Positions 37,369 through 47,129 of a stretch of DNA of 64,000 nt are shown piece by piece; position 1 is the stretch's first letter, and each line of letters opens with the position of its first letter. The translations under genes were made by a program, and so were the position numbers. The notes under the pieces were generated by a model that worked only from the letters and a program-made list of their open reading frames with translations, was not told where the DNA came from and ran no database searches. Source of the DNA: a virus (taxonomy: Duplodnaviria > Caudoviricetes); the IMG/VR virus record IMGVR_UViG_2839026242_000001, positions 32,001 through 96,000 of that record. One strand, 5' to 3'.

Positions 37369-38679
37369 TTAAACTCCCTCCAACGGAATTTGATTAAAAT
37401 ACTCACGAACAAACTTCTTGAATCTCTTGTTAGACAATGGAGCATTCATCTTTTTAACTTCGTCAAAGAACGGGTTGCTTTCGGTTAAGTCAATTTGTGA
37501 TATAACTTCTACAACACTTCTTGCTGGAATATTATTTTCGTACATATGTCTTGCTAAAGTAATATATCCAATAAACATGAAGTGTTTAGACATTATTGTT
37601 TCACCGCTTTTATCTCTTGCAAACTCCTCTGGGAAGGAACCAATCAGATAATCAAAAAACACTGTTAGATAATCTGCTAAATCCATAGCTTCGATTTTGG
37701 AATTGATCTTAAATTGTTCTTCGATCTCATCAGTCAATAGTTTATAACTCACTAAATGTCCAACATTGTGATTTACCAAATGAGTTGGAGAAACTCTATT
37801 CTTGAGTTCAGATTCTTTTTGAAGCTCTTTTGCAACAATGTCGCTGTATCTGTCAGCCTTAAGTTTTTGAATATAGGTGTTAGGCATCTTATTAACCGTA
37901 TTAATTTGTGCCACATATGCTTGAGCTTCTTTAATTGTAAAATTTTTTATAGCAACCTGTACTTTTAAATCTGCGTCAGGATTAAAATTATTTATTACTT
38001 GAGAAAAAGCGTTGAGACGATGGAATCCATCCAATATGTCGATTTCACCAGACACAATTGTCAATCTTCCGTGTTTAGGGTCATACATGATTTCATCATT
38101 TCCATCAGATAAAACGTTGAGTATTAACGTATCGGCTTTAAATGTATTATTTAATATATGCTGTGTAATCTCCTTTACTGATTGCGGATTAATGTTGGCT
38201 ATTGGAACAATTTTACCTTCTCTATTTTTTCTTTCTTTTGGATTACGTTGTGTTTCATGGTTATACTCGATGAGAAGTGAATTATCCCATTCAACAAGAG
38301 TCTTTATCGGCAAAACAGTAATAAATTCTTTATCATTTAAAGACAATACGTTATCAATTACAAGAGGTAGTTTAATTTTGTCATCATGATATTCCTCATA
38401 CCTTGAAGCAATTTGAATTTCTCTTTCGTTGAAATATAATTCGGGATTAAATATATTCTCTGATGTAAGGACATAAATTGCATTTGTAAATAAAAAGAGC
38501 ATTGTGTCATCAATCTCTTGAATAGGGATATTCTGACTAATAATCCTTTGAACATCTCCTGCAAGTATTTTATGTTTAGCTAATTCATTTTTCAGGTCTT
38601 CTGTAAATTTAAGATCAGATTTAATGGTTTCGAATTTTTGTACAAGGATTTCCTCTAGTTGAGAACGATTAACCTTCAT
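37369..38679 (-). CDS. DndB/ParB-like (DGxHR) protein, SPbeta YopQ-like
   Basis: TQR...ILDGFHRL motif; directly upstream of the yopR-like gene. Confidence 0.75.
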   Translation of the reverse strand: MKVNRSQLEEILVQKFETIKSDLKFTEDLKNELAKHKILAGDVQRIISQNIPIQEIDDTMLFLFTNAIYVLTSENIFNPELYFNEREIQIASRYEEYHDDKIKLPLVIDNVLSLNDKEFITVLPIKTLVEWDNSLLIEYNHETQRNPKERKNREGKIVPIANINPQSVKEITQHILNNTFKADTLILNVLSDGNDEIMYDPKHGRLTIVSGEIDILDGFHRLNAFSQVINNFNPDADLKVQVAIKNFTIKEAQAYVAQINTVNKMPNTYIQKLKADRYSDIVAKELQKESELKNRVSPTHLVNHNVGHLVSYKLLTDEIEEQFKINSKIEAMDLADYLTVFFDYLIGSFPEEFARDKSGETIMSKHFMFIGYITLARHMYENNIPARSVVEVISQIDLTESNPFFDEVKKMNAPLSNKRFKKFVREYFNQIPLEGV

Positions 38680-38788
38680 AAAGTCACCTTCCTCTTTATT
38701 TAGTTAGTAAAATTGTAGACATTTCCAACTTTTATTATACATTAAATCAGCAAAAATAACAATGATATTATATTTTTTTTGTATACAC

Positions 38789-38816
38789 AAATGTCCCCTG
38801 TTTTAAGGGGACATTT
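38789..38816. terminator. Hairpin / probable terminator
   Basis: AAATGTCCCCT-N6-AGGGGACATTT. Confidence 0.6.
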
Positions 38817-39429
38817 AATTCTTGTCCAATCCCATAATAAAAGTTATAGTTCTAAATGAGTTATTTGAAGTCGCTAACTGCAATGCAATCTTTCTTAATG
38901 CATTAGCGTCTTTCATGTCGTTCAGTTTGGATATGAACTTACCCCTAATATCCTTTTGGCATTCATCACAATACCAGTGATGTTCATATTCAGGCGTGTA
39001 TTGATTATAGCAACCAGCATTATAACAAACACGATCTTTTACTTTGACAGGTTTGCCATATGTTCTAAATCCAGCCTCATTCATTGCCTCAGACCATGTT
39101 AACCCTCTCTTTGATAATGAATCACTATCAGGTTTCATTTTTAACTTATCATACTCGGTGCTGGTCGGAATGTATCCTAATTCTTTAATTGAGTCTTTAA
39201 GTTGCTGAATCAATTCTTCAGCGGTTAGCATTGATGGATGCGGCATAATATTTGCTTCACGCAATATATTAGTCCACCCAAAGTGTTCTTTAATATAAGA
39301 GTAGGATGGTTTTAAACCTGAAGATTTATAGATTTCAGGAGTTACTTTTCCTTTATTTTCAGTAGATAAAGCCCTTAAATTTCTTAATATTAATTTCTTT
39401 GCTTCAGCCTTTGTATATACTTTCGACAT
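38815..39429 (-). CDS. Homing-endonuclease-associated repeat protein (DNA-binding?)
   Basis: Two repeats (P+...Y...PS...F.W..L.EA) plus C-terminal Cys motif. Confidence 0.65.
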   Translation of the reverse strand: MSKVYTKAEAKKLILRNLRALSTENKGKVTPEIYKSSGLKPSYSYIKEHFGWTNILREANIMPHPSMLTAEELIQQLKDSIKELGYIPTSTEYDKLKMKPDSDSLSKRGLTWSEAMNEAGFRTYGKPVKVKDRVCYNAGCYNQYTPEYEHHWYCDECQKDIRGKFISKLNDMKDANALRKIALQLATSNNSFRTITFIMGLDKN

Positions 39430-39518
39430 ACTCGATCACCTCAAGTTAATTATAATGAAGCTATTTAACAAAAACAACAAAACAAAAACCATGCTTAATT
39501 GCATGGTTTAAAAATTAT

Positions 39519-39782
39519 TTAATTTATTATATTTAGATAATACATTTTTTCATCAGTAAAATCGTCATATTGATAATCTAGTTGCTTGATATATCCAATC
39601 AAACTATTCCACTCTTTTGTTGTTACTTTACCGTACTGCTCAATCTCACTTACCGTTTCATAAAAAATATCCAAGCAATCTTTATTTAGAATGACAGAAG
39701 GATCAATCTTCTGGAAATCTGCTGTAATTACATTACCTTTAATTGATTTAATAAAATTCATTATATACCCCCTAATTTTCAC
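39519..39782 (-). CDS. Hypothetical protein
   Basis: ORF; TTGTAA-N17-TATAAT promoter at 39803-39831. Confidence 0.65.
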   Translation of the reverse strand: MKIRGYIMNFIKSIKGNVITADFQKIDPSVILNKDCLDIFYETVSEIEQYGKVTTKEWNSLIGYIKQLDYQYDDFTDEKMYYLNIIN

Positions 39783-39863
39783 GTCCCGTTCTCTTGATAT
39801 AAATTATACTCCATAATTATTTTAGTTACAATATCACATGTTATTCTTTATTATAGTTTATTT

Positions 39864-40355
39864 TTATGCTACTTTAGCCTGATGCCATGTGATATTACAT
39901 TCAACACAGTCTAAGGTAATATATTCATCGCTGGTTGTATGAAATGTTATAACGTCACCCTGATAACTTATTAAATCTTCATATGGCTTGTACAATTCAA
40001 CATTAACAATCAACGCTAACTCCCCCAATACTGTATATGAGCCGTTGTTTTCATATGAATTAGTCCAGTCTAAAGAGAAATCATCCACCTTTATTTTACG
40101 CATTGGAAGATTATACTGAATCAAAACGTCATTGATATACATGTCATTCAGCATATACTGTGCCGCCATGAGAGAGCTTGTCTGATCCTCAGTATCAATG
40201 TTATGAGCTACAACTGTTACTTTTATCGTCCCGTTTGCAGTGGTTTTTGCATTGACATCAAACTTTCTACCCGTCCTTTTCTCGTGCATCTTTTTAGTTG
40301 CTAATTCAATCATTTGTATAGACTTGGCGAGTTGTTTATTTAAGTTGTTACTCAT
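39864..40355 (-). CDS. Hypothetical protein in the aimX position
   Basis: First gene downstream of the aimP terminator and candidate AimR operator. Confidence 0.7.
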   Translation of the reverse strand: MSNNLNKQLAKSIQMIELATKKMHEKRTGRKFDVNAKTTANGTIKVTVVAHNIDTEDQTSSLMAAQYMLNDMYINDVLIQYNLPMRKIKVDDFSLDWTNSYENNGSYTVLGELALIVNVELYKPYEDLISYQGDVITFHTTSDEYITLDCVECNITWHQAKVA

Positions 40356-40403
40356 ATTAAAACACCCCTTGTCATTTATCTTTACATCTTTATATTACCA
40401 TGT

Positions 40404-40441
40404 GTTTACATAGAAATTACCATTCATTTTTTCATGTAAAC
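40404..40441. promoter_or_regulatory. Candidate AimR operator
   Basis: GTTTACAT-N22-ATGTAAAC inverted repeat just upstream of extended -10 TGGTAATAT. Confidence 0.6.
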
Positions 40442-40469
40442 TCCTCGACAATAATCGACATATGAAAAT

Positions 40470-40506
40470 AAAAAAAGAAGAGCAGAGAATTTCTCCACTC
40501 TTCTTT
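40470..40506 (-). terminator. Intrinsic terminator after aimP
   Basis: AAAGAAGAG...CTCTTCTTT stem plus T-run on minus strand. Confidence 0.75.
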
Positions 40507-40512
40507 CGGTTA

Positions 40513-40626
40513 TTAGCCTCTTTCACCATCATCTGCAAGTTGTACAGATGGGGATACTGCGGTGTATGTAGCTACACCTAGCGTCAATACTGCGATAGCG
40601 AATGCAATAACTGCGACCTTCTTCAT
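40513..40626 (-). CDS. aimP: AimP-like secreted signalling propeptide (37 aa, missing from ORF track)
   Basis: MKKVAVIAFAIAVLTLGVATYTAVSPSVQLADDGERG; AAGGAGGTG RBS; signal peptide; putative mature peptide DDGERG after VQLA. Confidence 0.85.
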   Translation of the reverse strand: MKKVAVIAFAIAVLTLGVATYTAVSPSVQLADDGERG

Positions 40627-40706
40627 TTATTTCACCTCCTTTCAAGAAGGTCGCACTAACAATCTTTAACTAGTATTAAATCCTTTCATGACACCATACC
40701 CCTTTC

Positions 40707-42044
40707 TCATAGACTGTCCTGAATAATTTTATTAAATTTATTTAATTGCTCGATTGTAGCTTTGTTTGAGTTATTAGTAAAGATCAACCAGCATTTTTTA
40801 ATCCGAGTTTCATTATTAAACAAATTAGCCATTTCAAGTGCTTTCAATATATATTCAATTCCTATGTGATCTTGTCCTTTTTCAAGATGATACACTCCGA
40901 GATATTGATATGCTTTTAATTTATGTTTTAATCCAACCGCTGAATTATCATTTTCCAATTGTTCCAAAACAGTACCGTTTTCTTCTAAAAACTTAGTTAT
41001 CTGGTTGTGTTCGTTATGTTTAATCGCTGCTTCAAGTAACACAGGGAATATTACATTCATTTTTTTAGAGTTTGTTGATGTCTTGAGATATTGTTCTAAG
41101 TGATTCCATTTCCCACTAAGAAGTTCAACTAAATGCATATTGCCTATGGCATACTTAGCGTAATTGGAATCTATAGAAGCATACTGATTAATTATCTTCT
41201 TTGATAGTTCAAATTCTCCCATTCCTTTATATGCAAACCCCTTATACAATAGAGCTTCACAGTGGTAATAATTTAATTTAGAATAGTCTAATTTGTCTTG
41301 TCTTAAATTATTCATACGCCCGTTGACAATTTGTACAAGTTTATCTGCATATTTCAATGTTCCATGATAGTCCTCAATCAAGTTTAGAAAAACAATTACT
41401 TCAAGATATGCATCAAGTATATATCTTTCTGGCATTAATTCAAGATAGTCTATCAGTTGAGATAATGCTTTTTTACAGTCTTTGATTCCTTCATTATGAG
41501 TGAGCATAATACTTCTTCTAATCATAAATGTTCTATAGTAACTCAATGAAAGGCGCTCATCTAACCTGTTATCGATTTTCGAAGTAATGAGCGAGTACAG
41601 TGGCAATATCTGCTTCAGATCGTTATTTTTATATTTATCTTCTGCAATCTCAAATATGATTCCAATATAGTTTTTGTTTGTCTCTAAGATCTTCCCTGTT
41701 ATTTCATTTATCAATGATTCATTATTTTCAATACTCAAAGATTCACGTAATAACTTTTCGCACTTAATCAAACTCATTTTTCCTTGCTTATTGATACATT
41801 CACTTAAAGATTCCTTCTGAAGTTCTCCTTTATTAAGTCCTAAAACTTCTTCTAGTTTAGAGAGTTGCTCAATTGAAAAATTTCGACTACCTCTCATTAT
41901 TTGGCTCATCGCTGTCTTATGTATCCCAGATGCCAATGCTAATTCGTTTTGCTTCATTCCTCTTGCACGTAAATAATATTGTATTTTATCTCTTAATGAA
42001 GCCTTTTCTAAATCAAAGTCATGTGGGATCATAAGACGTAGCAT
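40707..42044 (-). CDS. aimR: AimR-like RRNPP peptide receptor (Xre HTH + TPR)
   Basis: HTH (QNELALASGIHKTAMSQIMRG) plus helical TPR repeats, about 445 aa, followed by a propeptide gene. Confidence 0.8.
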   Translation of the reverse strand: MLRLMIPHDFDLEKASLRDKIQYYLRARGMKQNELALASGIHKTAMSQIMRGSRNFSIEQLSKLEEVLGLNKGELQKESLSECINKQGKMSLIKCEKLLRESLSIENNESLINEITGKILETNKNYIGIIFEIAEDKYKNNDLKQILPLYSLITSKIDNRLDERLSLSYYRTFMIRRSIMLTHNEGIKDCKKALSQLIDYLELMPERYILDAYLEVIVFLNLIEDYHGTLKYADKLVQIVNGRMNNLRQDKLDYSKLNYYHCEALLYKGFAYKGMGEFELSKKIINQYASIDSNYAKYAIGNMHLVELLSGKWNHLEQYLKTSTNSKKMNVIFPVLLEAAIKHNEHNQITKFLEENGTVLEQLENDNSAVGLKHKLKAYQYLGVYHLEKGQDHIGIEYILKALEMANLFNNETRIKKCWLIFTNNSNKATIEQLNKFNKIIQDSL

Positions 42045-42086
42045 TTTTATTCCTCCCCTCAAATTTCCTTTTCTTGCTACATCTTT

Positions 42087-42132
42087 ATAATAACACGGTT
42101 AACTAGATAATACAACATATTTTTAGTTATTA
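42087..42132 (-). promoter_or_regulatory. Putative aimR promoter with TAATAACTAAAAA element
   Basis: TTGTAT-N17-TATTAT; motif at 42120-42132. Confidence 0.55.
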
Positions 42133-42330
42133 TTTTCGTTCAAATTTCGTTTTATTCCAATTTCATATCTTTAAAAGTCTCATCAAATATTTCAATACAT
42201 TGAGAACATGCCCATTTGCTCATTATGTAACTATACATCACCTCCAAATTATCTTTCTCGCAATCCTCGCAACGTCCATTTTTCCATCCATCAGTCATGA
42301 AGTTATCCTCCTTGTGAAATTTTCAATTTA

Positions 42331-42513
42331 TTAATAGCATAGTCTACCAACTTCACATTCTCTAGTATCATATACTCCCTTAATGGAGCGTATTTCATAA
42401 AGTTCTTTATCGGTTGTCAATATGACAAAACTCATTTTAATTTTTGGATAGTATACCTCACCAATCTCGTTAAGCCTCTCTGGTTCATGCGTGTAAACAT
42501 AGTATTGTTTCAT
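42331..42513 (-). CDS. Hypothetical protein
   Basis: ORF with RBS bounded by class I repeats. Confidence 0.65.
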   Translation of the reverse strand: MKQYYVYTHEPERLNEIGEVYYPKIKMSFVILTTDKELYEIRSIKGVYDTRECEVGRLCY

Positions 42514-42551
42514 TCATCATTCTCCTCATTTCGCATGAAATGTTCATTTCA

Positions 42552-42779
42552 TTAGATTCTTTCATCACACAACTCGATTTTTCCATTGTCATTAATCACA
42601 TAGTCCCACTCTGTCCCACACTCCAGACATTGTATCCATTCAGGGACAGCATACGTAACATCCGCAACAAATCGTTTCCTTTTGCTCAATTTGCCGCTTT
42701 TCAAAACCTTTTGTTCATATTCAAATTGAGGCTGCCAACGTCTAACCATTTCCTCTTTTCCACAATTAGGACATTTCAA
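42552..42779 (-). CDS. Zn-ribbon protein
   Basis: CPNC...CLEC. Confidence 0.7.
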   Translation of the reverse strand: MKCPNCGKEEMVRRWQPQFEYEQKVLKSGKLSKRKRFVADVTYAVPEWIQCLECGTEWDYVINDNGKIELCDERI

Positions 42780-42812
42780 TTACATGTACCTCCTTTCAAT
42801 AAAACTAAACTT

Positions 42813-43181
42813 TCATCTAGACTTCAATCTGAATTTTATTCCCCTAAAGATATACTGGCCGTCATCATCCAATTCTTGAATAAAAAATTCAATTTTTTCA
42901 ACGTCCTCTTTGCTGTATTTTGGCTTTTGGTTAAAATGGTATCCTACAGTATCCGTATTTTTTGTCTGATTATATACTTCTGTGGTTTTAACTCCAGATG
43001 GCTTTAACTTAAGGAATTCAGCAATTTGTTTAATAAGTCTACCATTTGGATTATCATTCGTATGATTTAATACTCCGAGCTTAAGTGCGATTTCTTCACA
43101 AAAAAGTCCCTCTCCTTCTTCGTTAAATCCAAATTCAGTTAACAAGTCTTCGCCGTACCTCTTTACCCGTTTACTCTTCAT
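42813..43181 (-). CDS. Hypothetical protein
   Basis: ORF with RBS. Confidence 0.7.
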   Translation of the reverse strand: MKSKRVKRYGEDLLTEFGFNEEGEGLFCEEIALKLGVLNHTNDNPNGRLIKQIAEFLKLKPSGVKTTEVYNQTKNTDTVGYHFNQKPKYSKEDVEKIEFFIQELDDDGQYIFRGIKFRLKSR

Positions 43182-43216
43182 ATCATACTCTCCTTAAAAC
43201 CAGTCTTTCATTTGGT

Positions 43217-44002
43217 TTACTCTGTTGCCACGTCCTTTAATTTCTTATCAATAATATCTGGTTCTACATCGAGTTTTTCTAATAACCATGCTATATCATC
43301 TCTATCGCCAATGTGTCCTTCTCCCCATCCTCCACCAGCGCTAATTTCGATTGCATATACTGCGATTGGTTCAAGTTTATACCCATACCATTCAGACATC
43401 TTTTCAGCTACATCAGCAGGATAAATATATTCATCTTCTTCCCTTTGATTATGAATTCTAATAAGGGTGTTAGCCAGATCCTTCTTAAAATCTTCTTGAT
43501 TTTTCCTATGATGTCTTAATCTAATTGTGATTATTTCACTCCCAGTTCTTTCAATTAGTTCAAAACATTCATTTTTCTTTCTTTTCCAAGCTTCTTTTGC
43601 TGCTAATACTGCCTGTTCATCTCTATTGTACCTTCTGCCTAATCCAACTCTAATTAACTCTCTTGCAAATCGCTCATCTGAATCTCGCCAAGGTTGCCCT
43701 GTTGTATGCAAATACCAATGACATAATTCGTGCAAGAGAATTCTTTTAATATGTCTCAAAGTATATCTTTCATTATTCTCATTATTGAGTACAACAGTCT
43801 TTATATCACTACAATAATATCCCGCATAATTATCCCAGTCGAGTTTGCATTCAATGGTTAATGGAGATTGTCTAGTTACTAAAAGAATCGTTGGTATTTC
43901 ATTGATGCTCCAATGTTTTTTAGTCAATTGTTTTGCTTGTTTTTCAAGCCACTCTATAGTTACTTCTGGCACTACCCAAATCCTCCTTCCTGATAAAACC
44001 AA
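43217..44002 (-). CDS. SprT-like zinc metalloprotease domain protein
   Basis: AGYY...ILLHELCHW...DERFARE. Confidence 0.75.
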   Translation of the reverse strand: MVLSGRRIWVVPEVTIEWLEKQAKQLTKKHWSINEIPTILLVTRQSPLTIECKLDWDNYAGYYCSDIKTVVLNNENNERYTLRHIKRILLHELCHWYLHTTGQPWRDSDERFARELIRVGLGRRYNRDEQAVLAAKEAWKRKKNECFELIERTGSEIITIRLRHHRKNQEDFKKDLANTLIRIHNQREEDEYIYPADVAEKMSEWYGYKLEPIAVYAIEISAGGGWGEGHIGDRDDIAWLLEKLDVEPDIIDKKLKDVATE

Positions 44003-44322
44003 TTTACTTAAGGATTAAACAATCTAAATGAATCATCAAAAAGCCTTACCTTTAATGTTGCCGAAACCCCTTTATTCTCCCATTTTGCATCAATGATAGT
44101 TCTAATCGGATATACTTCCTGTTCTGATTCAGCAATAAATTTTATCCCCACCTTAATGTTTGGGAGCAAATAGATATAAGCCTCACCGTACTTCGTATAT
44201 CTAACAAAATCCGCAACACCATAATCAACTTGTACTTTAGAATAATACTCCCGCTGCCATTCCCTTAATTCAATAATCCACTCTTCTTGTGTTTGTATAG
44301 AACCATTTTTCTTCTCAGAATC

Positions 44323-44470
44323 TTGAACCTCTCATGGCTAAAGCCACGAGATTCTTGGGTAGTCCGCTCTACTGAGCAGAATTAGTACATGATGTACCAC
44401 CAAGCTATCCCCGCAGTTCCTGCGGTTACTGCGATTATGCAGATAGTAGTCTTTTGCCTTCGGCAAGAAT
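44323..44470 (-). ncRNA. Predicted TnpB omega/reRNA scaffold (5' end approximate); guide would be 44303-44322
   Basis: Right-end region downstream of tnpB, by analogy to characterised IS605 elements. Confidence 0.55.
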
Positions 44471-45538
44471 ATTCAAACTTGCGTTTACATCCCTATCCCA
44501 TTCACTATAGCAAGAAGGACACTTCCATTGTCGCAAGTTAAGATCTTTAACCTCTTTGTTTTGGTATCCACAACACGAACAGAGTTGAGAGGAAGCGAAC
44601 GTTTTGCCTACGACAACGACAGTACGTCCATGCCACTTTGCCTTGTATTCAAGCATCGTTCTGAATTGATACCAGGACACTTCGCTAATTGCTTTGGCAA
44701 GTTTGTGGTTCTTCATCATGTTAGACACTTGCAAATCTTCAATCGCAATGATGTCGTGGTTTTTGACAATATGCGTTGAAATTTTTTGCAAGTAGTCTGT
44801 TCGGGCATTTGCAATGCGTTCATGGATTCTGGCAACCTTAACTCGTTGTTTATTCCAGTTTGAAGAACCTTTCACACGTCTGGAAAGGATACGTTGTTCA
44901 CGAATGAGTTTTTGTTCCATATTCCGTAGGAATTTCGGATTCTCGAACACTTCACCGTTAGATAGAATAGCGAAATCCTTTAACCCAACGTCAATACCGA
45001 CTTCTTTGTTTGTTTTTGGCAATGGTTGCACGTCTGTTTCTACTAACAACGAAACAAAGTATTTGCCAGAGGGATTGCGTCTAATCGTAGCATTTAAAAT
45101 ACGACCTTCTACTTCTTTTGATTTCGCAAAACGAACAAGTCCAAGTTTAGGGAGTTTAATCTTATCTCCTTCTATCGCAATATTTCCGTTTGTGTGTTTC
45201 GTTGTGTACGACTGAACTTTATTCCTTTTTGACTTGAAACGTGGTGCATCATTCTGCTTCTTGAAGAATCGTGAATATGCGTCTGCGAGGTTCTTTATTG
45301 ATGATTGAATAGCGATGCTATCTACTTCTTTTAGCCAAGGTAATTCTTTTTTCAGATTCGGCAGTTCGGAAGAACATACTCCGTATGATAATCCTTTACC
45401 TGTTTCTTTGTATGTTTCGTTCCACTTCGCCAAGAAGTGGTTGAACACAAATCGACTGCAACCAATCGTTTTAACAATTAATACTTCCTGCTCTTTGGTT
45501 GGATAGATACGGAATTTGTATGCTTTATTTGCTAACAT
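44435..45538 (-). CDS. tnpB: RNA-guided endonuclease TnpB
   Basis: [19 protein letters not shown], Zn finger, DRDVNAS (D-E-D intact). Confidence 0.96.
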   Translation of the reverse strand: MLANKAYKFRIYPTKEQEVLIVKTIGCSRFVFNHFLAKWNETYKETGKGLSYGVCSSELPNLKKELPWLKEVDSIAIQSSIKNLADAYSRFFKKQNDAPRFKSKRNKVQSYTTKHTNGNIAIEGDKIKLPKLGLVRFAKSKEVEGRILNATIRRNPSGKYFVSLLVETDVQPLPKTNKEVGIDVGLKDFAILSNGEVFENPKFLRNMEQKLIREQRILSRRVKGSSNWNKQRVKVARIHERIANARTDYLQKISTHIVKNHDIIAIEDLQVSNMMKNHKLAKAISEVSWYQFRTMLEYKAKWHGRTVVVVGKTFASSQLCSCCGYQNKEVKDLNLRQWKCPSCYSEWDRDVNASLNILAEGKRLLSA

Positions 45539-45544
45539 TGCTTT

Positions 45545-45955
45545 TCACCTCACTTTCTGATTTTGGATGTATTGTCGTATTTGCGCTTCCGTGTGTTCAC
45601 TTACGGTTGCCACAAAGTAAGAAGGATTCCAAAGATTCCCTCCCCATAGCTTCTTTTTTAGCTGGGGGAACTCTTTAAATAGCAACCTTGCCGAAACACC
45701 CTTTAACGCTTTGATGATATTTGGAATTGAATGTTGCGGATTACAATCAATTAGGAGATGAACATGGTCACAATCACTTTCAATTTCTGAAATCGTGAAA
45801 CCATTATCTGTAGCAATTTGATTGAGTATTTCCTTTAGCTTTTTATCTATATCACCAAGCAACACTTTATGGCGATATTTCACACACCATACAATATGGT
45901 ATTGGATAGAGTACACATATTCTCTACCATGTTTAACTTCTGCCATGTTATCCAC
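45545..45955 (-). CDS. tnpA: IS200-type HUH (Y1) transposase
   Basis: YHIVWCVKYR, DHVH, LWNPSYF, YIQNQ. Confidence 0.96.
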   Translation of the reverse strand: MDNMAEVKHGREYVYSIQYHIVWCVKYRHKVLLGDIDKKLKEILNQIATDNGFTISEIESDCDHVHLLIDCNPQHSIPNIIKALKGVSARLLFKEFPQLKKKLWGGNLWNPSYFVATVSEHTEAQIRQYIQNQKVR

Positions 45956-46252
45956 ATCAATTATAGGATAACATATGTAAAATGTTTTTCAATTTATTAC
46001 CTCTAAATATTAGCGTTTTTGCCAATCACCAAATTAACATATGTCGGACAATTGACGTGTCAAAAGACACACCTTGTCCGAAGCCGATTCATCTCATGAC
46101 TGAAGTCACGAGTGTTCTCGGCTAATTCATAAATGGCTTTTAGCAGAGTTTTTTCGGTTGTATCATGTCCTACAATCACAGTAAAACCAGCAGCTTCAAG
46201 ATTGGCTACAATTGCATCGACATTAAACATAAGCATTACCTCTTTTCTGTAT

Positions 46253-46828
46253 TTAACTTAACTTCCAATCAAAGTAATCTCCGGCTCTGAAAAAGTTATT
46301 GTGCGTGTCTGCATTAGGGAGTCCATCTGGATGGGCTGGAGAAACAGGCATTGCCATTCCACATGAATGACACTTTATTTCTGTTGAATTTTCATAAATA
46401 TAATGATTTGCTCTATAATTACATATTACACAATGATACCTGCATCTATAACGTTTTCGCCCATCTGGATCTACCTTAATGCCTGTCCTAATCCATTCGG
46501 GTTGATCATCTGTTGTCTGATATACTTCCTTTAACTCCTCTGTATTTTGCAATCCTTCGATTAGACTTTGTTTGATTTCTTCACTCTTATGTACAATATC
46601 TTCTTTAGTTACATTTTCGATTGGATTTAGTTTCTCAAAGAAACTGCTACATGCTTTGCCTACCTGTTCAAATGTCTTAACCATCTCAAAAATATCTTTA
46701 TCTATGCTGAATAAGTTAAATACATTTTGTATGATGACAAGTTTGGATAAGTTATCTGCCTCCTTAAGTTCAAGTTCCACCTCTTTGCCTTTATCATCTT
46801 TGATATTGATTTTTACTGTTAAAGACAT
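46253..46828 (-). CDS. Hypothetical protein with C-terminal Zn finger
   Basis: TGIK...YRCRYHCVIC...CHSC. Confidence 0.7.
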   Translation of the reverse strand: MSLTVKINIKDDKGKEVELELKEADNLSKLVIIQNVFNLFSIDKDIFEMVKTFEQVGKACSSFFEKLNPIENVTKEDIVHKSEEIKQSLIEGLQNTEELKEVYQTTDDQPEWIRTGIKVDPDGRKRYRCRYHCVICNYRANHYIYENSTEIKCHSCGMAMPVSPAHPDGLPNADTHNNFFRAGDYFDWKLS

Positions 46829-46889
46829 GCTATCACCTCAATGATGATTATAAGGCAAAGGGCAGCCAAAACCAAATACAACTTACATT

Positions 46890-47129
46890 TTATCCTAACT
46901 GTAAAATCTTGAACTTAACATCTGTACCCTCTAATAATTCACCAACATTGTAATTATGTCGATAATATCCCTTTTCATCTTTGGGATAATTCCAAAAACG
47001 TGAAAAATTACTTTTATCTATTGTATGAAATAATCTACTATTACTGTCCCATGTTAGCATTACTTCATAGCGTTCCCCAACATTCCAAAATCCATATGCA
47101 TCTTCAAGGCATTCTATTATAGCCTTCAT
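46890..47129 (-). CDS. Hypothetical protein, paralog of 48633-48872
   Basis: Shared LTWDSNSRL...RFWNYPKD.KGYYRH. Confidence 0.8.
   Translation of the reverse strand: MKAIIECLEDAYGFWNVGERYEVMLTWDSNSRLFHTIDKSNFSRFWNYPKDEKGYYRHNYNVGELLEGTDVKFKILQLG

Larger units (their letters stand above)
44323..46128 (-). mobile_element. IS200/IS605-family element (tnpA + tnpB)
   Basis: Subterminal hairpins at 46093-46112 and 44331-44350, TTTAT target motif 5' of left end, TCAA at right end, no TSD. Confidence 0.93.
44008..46236 (-). pseudogene. 140-aa hypothetical gene interrupted by IS605
   Basis: Joining 46236-46129 to 44322-44008 restores one open frame (...LLKAIY|DSEKKN...RLFNP*). Confidence 0.85.

Noticed and set aside
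37369..38679. DNA phosphorothioation (dnd) system
   Set aside because: Only a DndB-like fold is present; no dndACDE or ssp genes, and the context is yopQ-like.
44323..46128. IStron (group I intron-IS chimera) rescuing the interrupted gene
   Set aside because: Only about 170 bp lie between the left end and tnpA, with no recognisable group I core.
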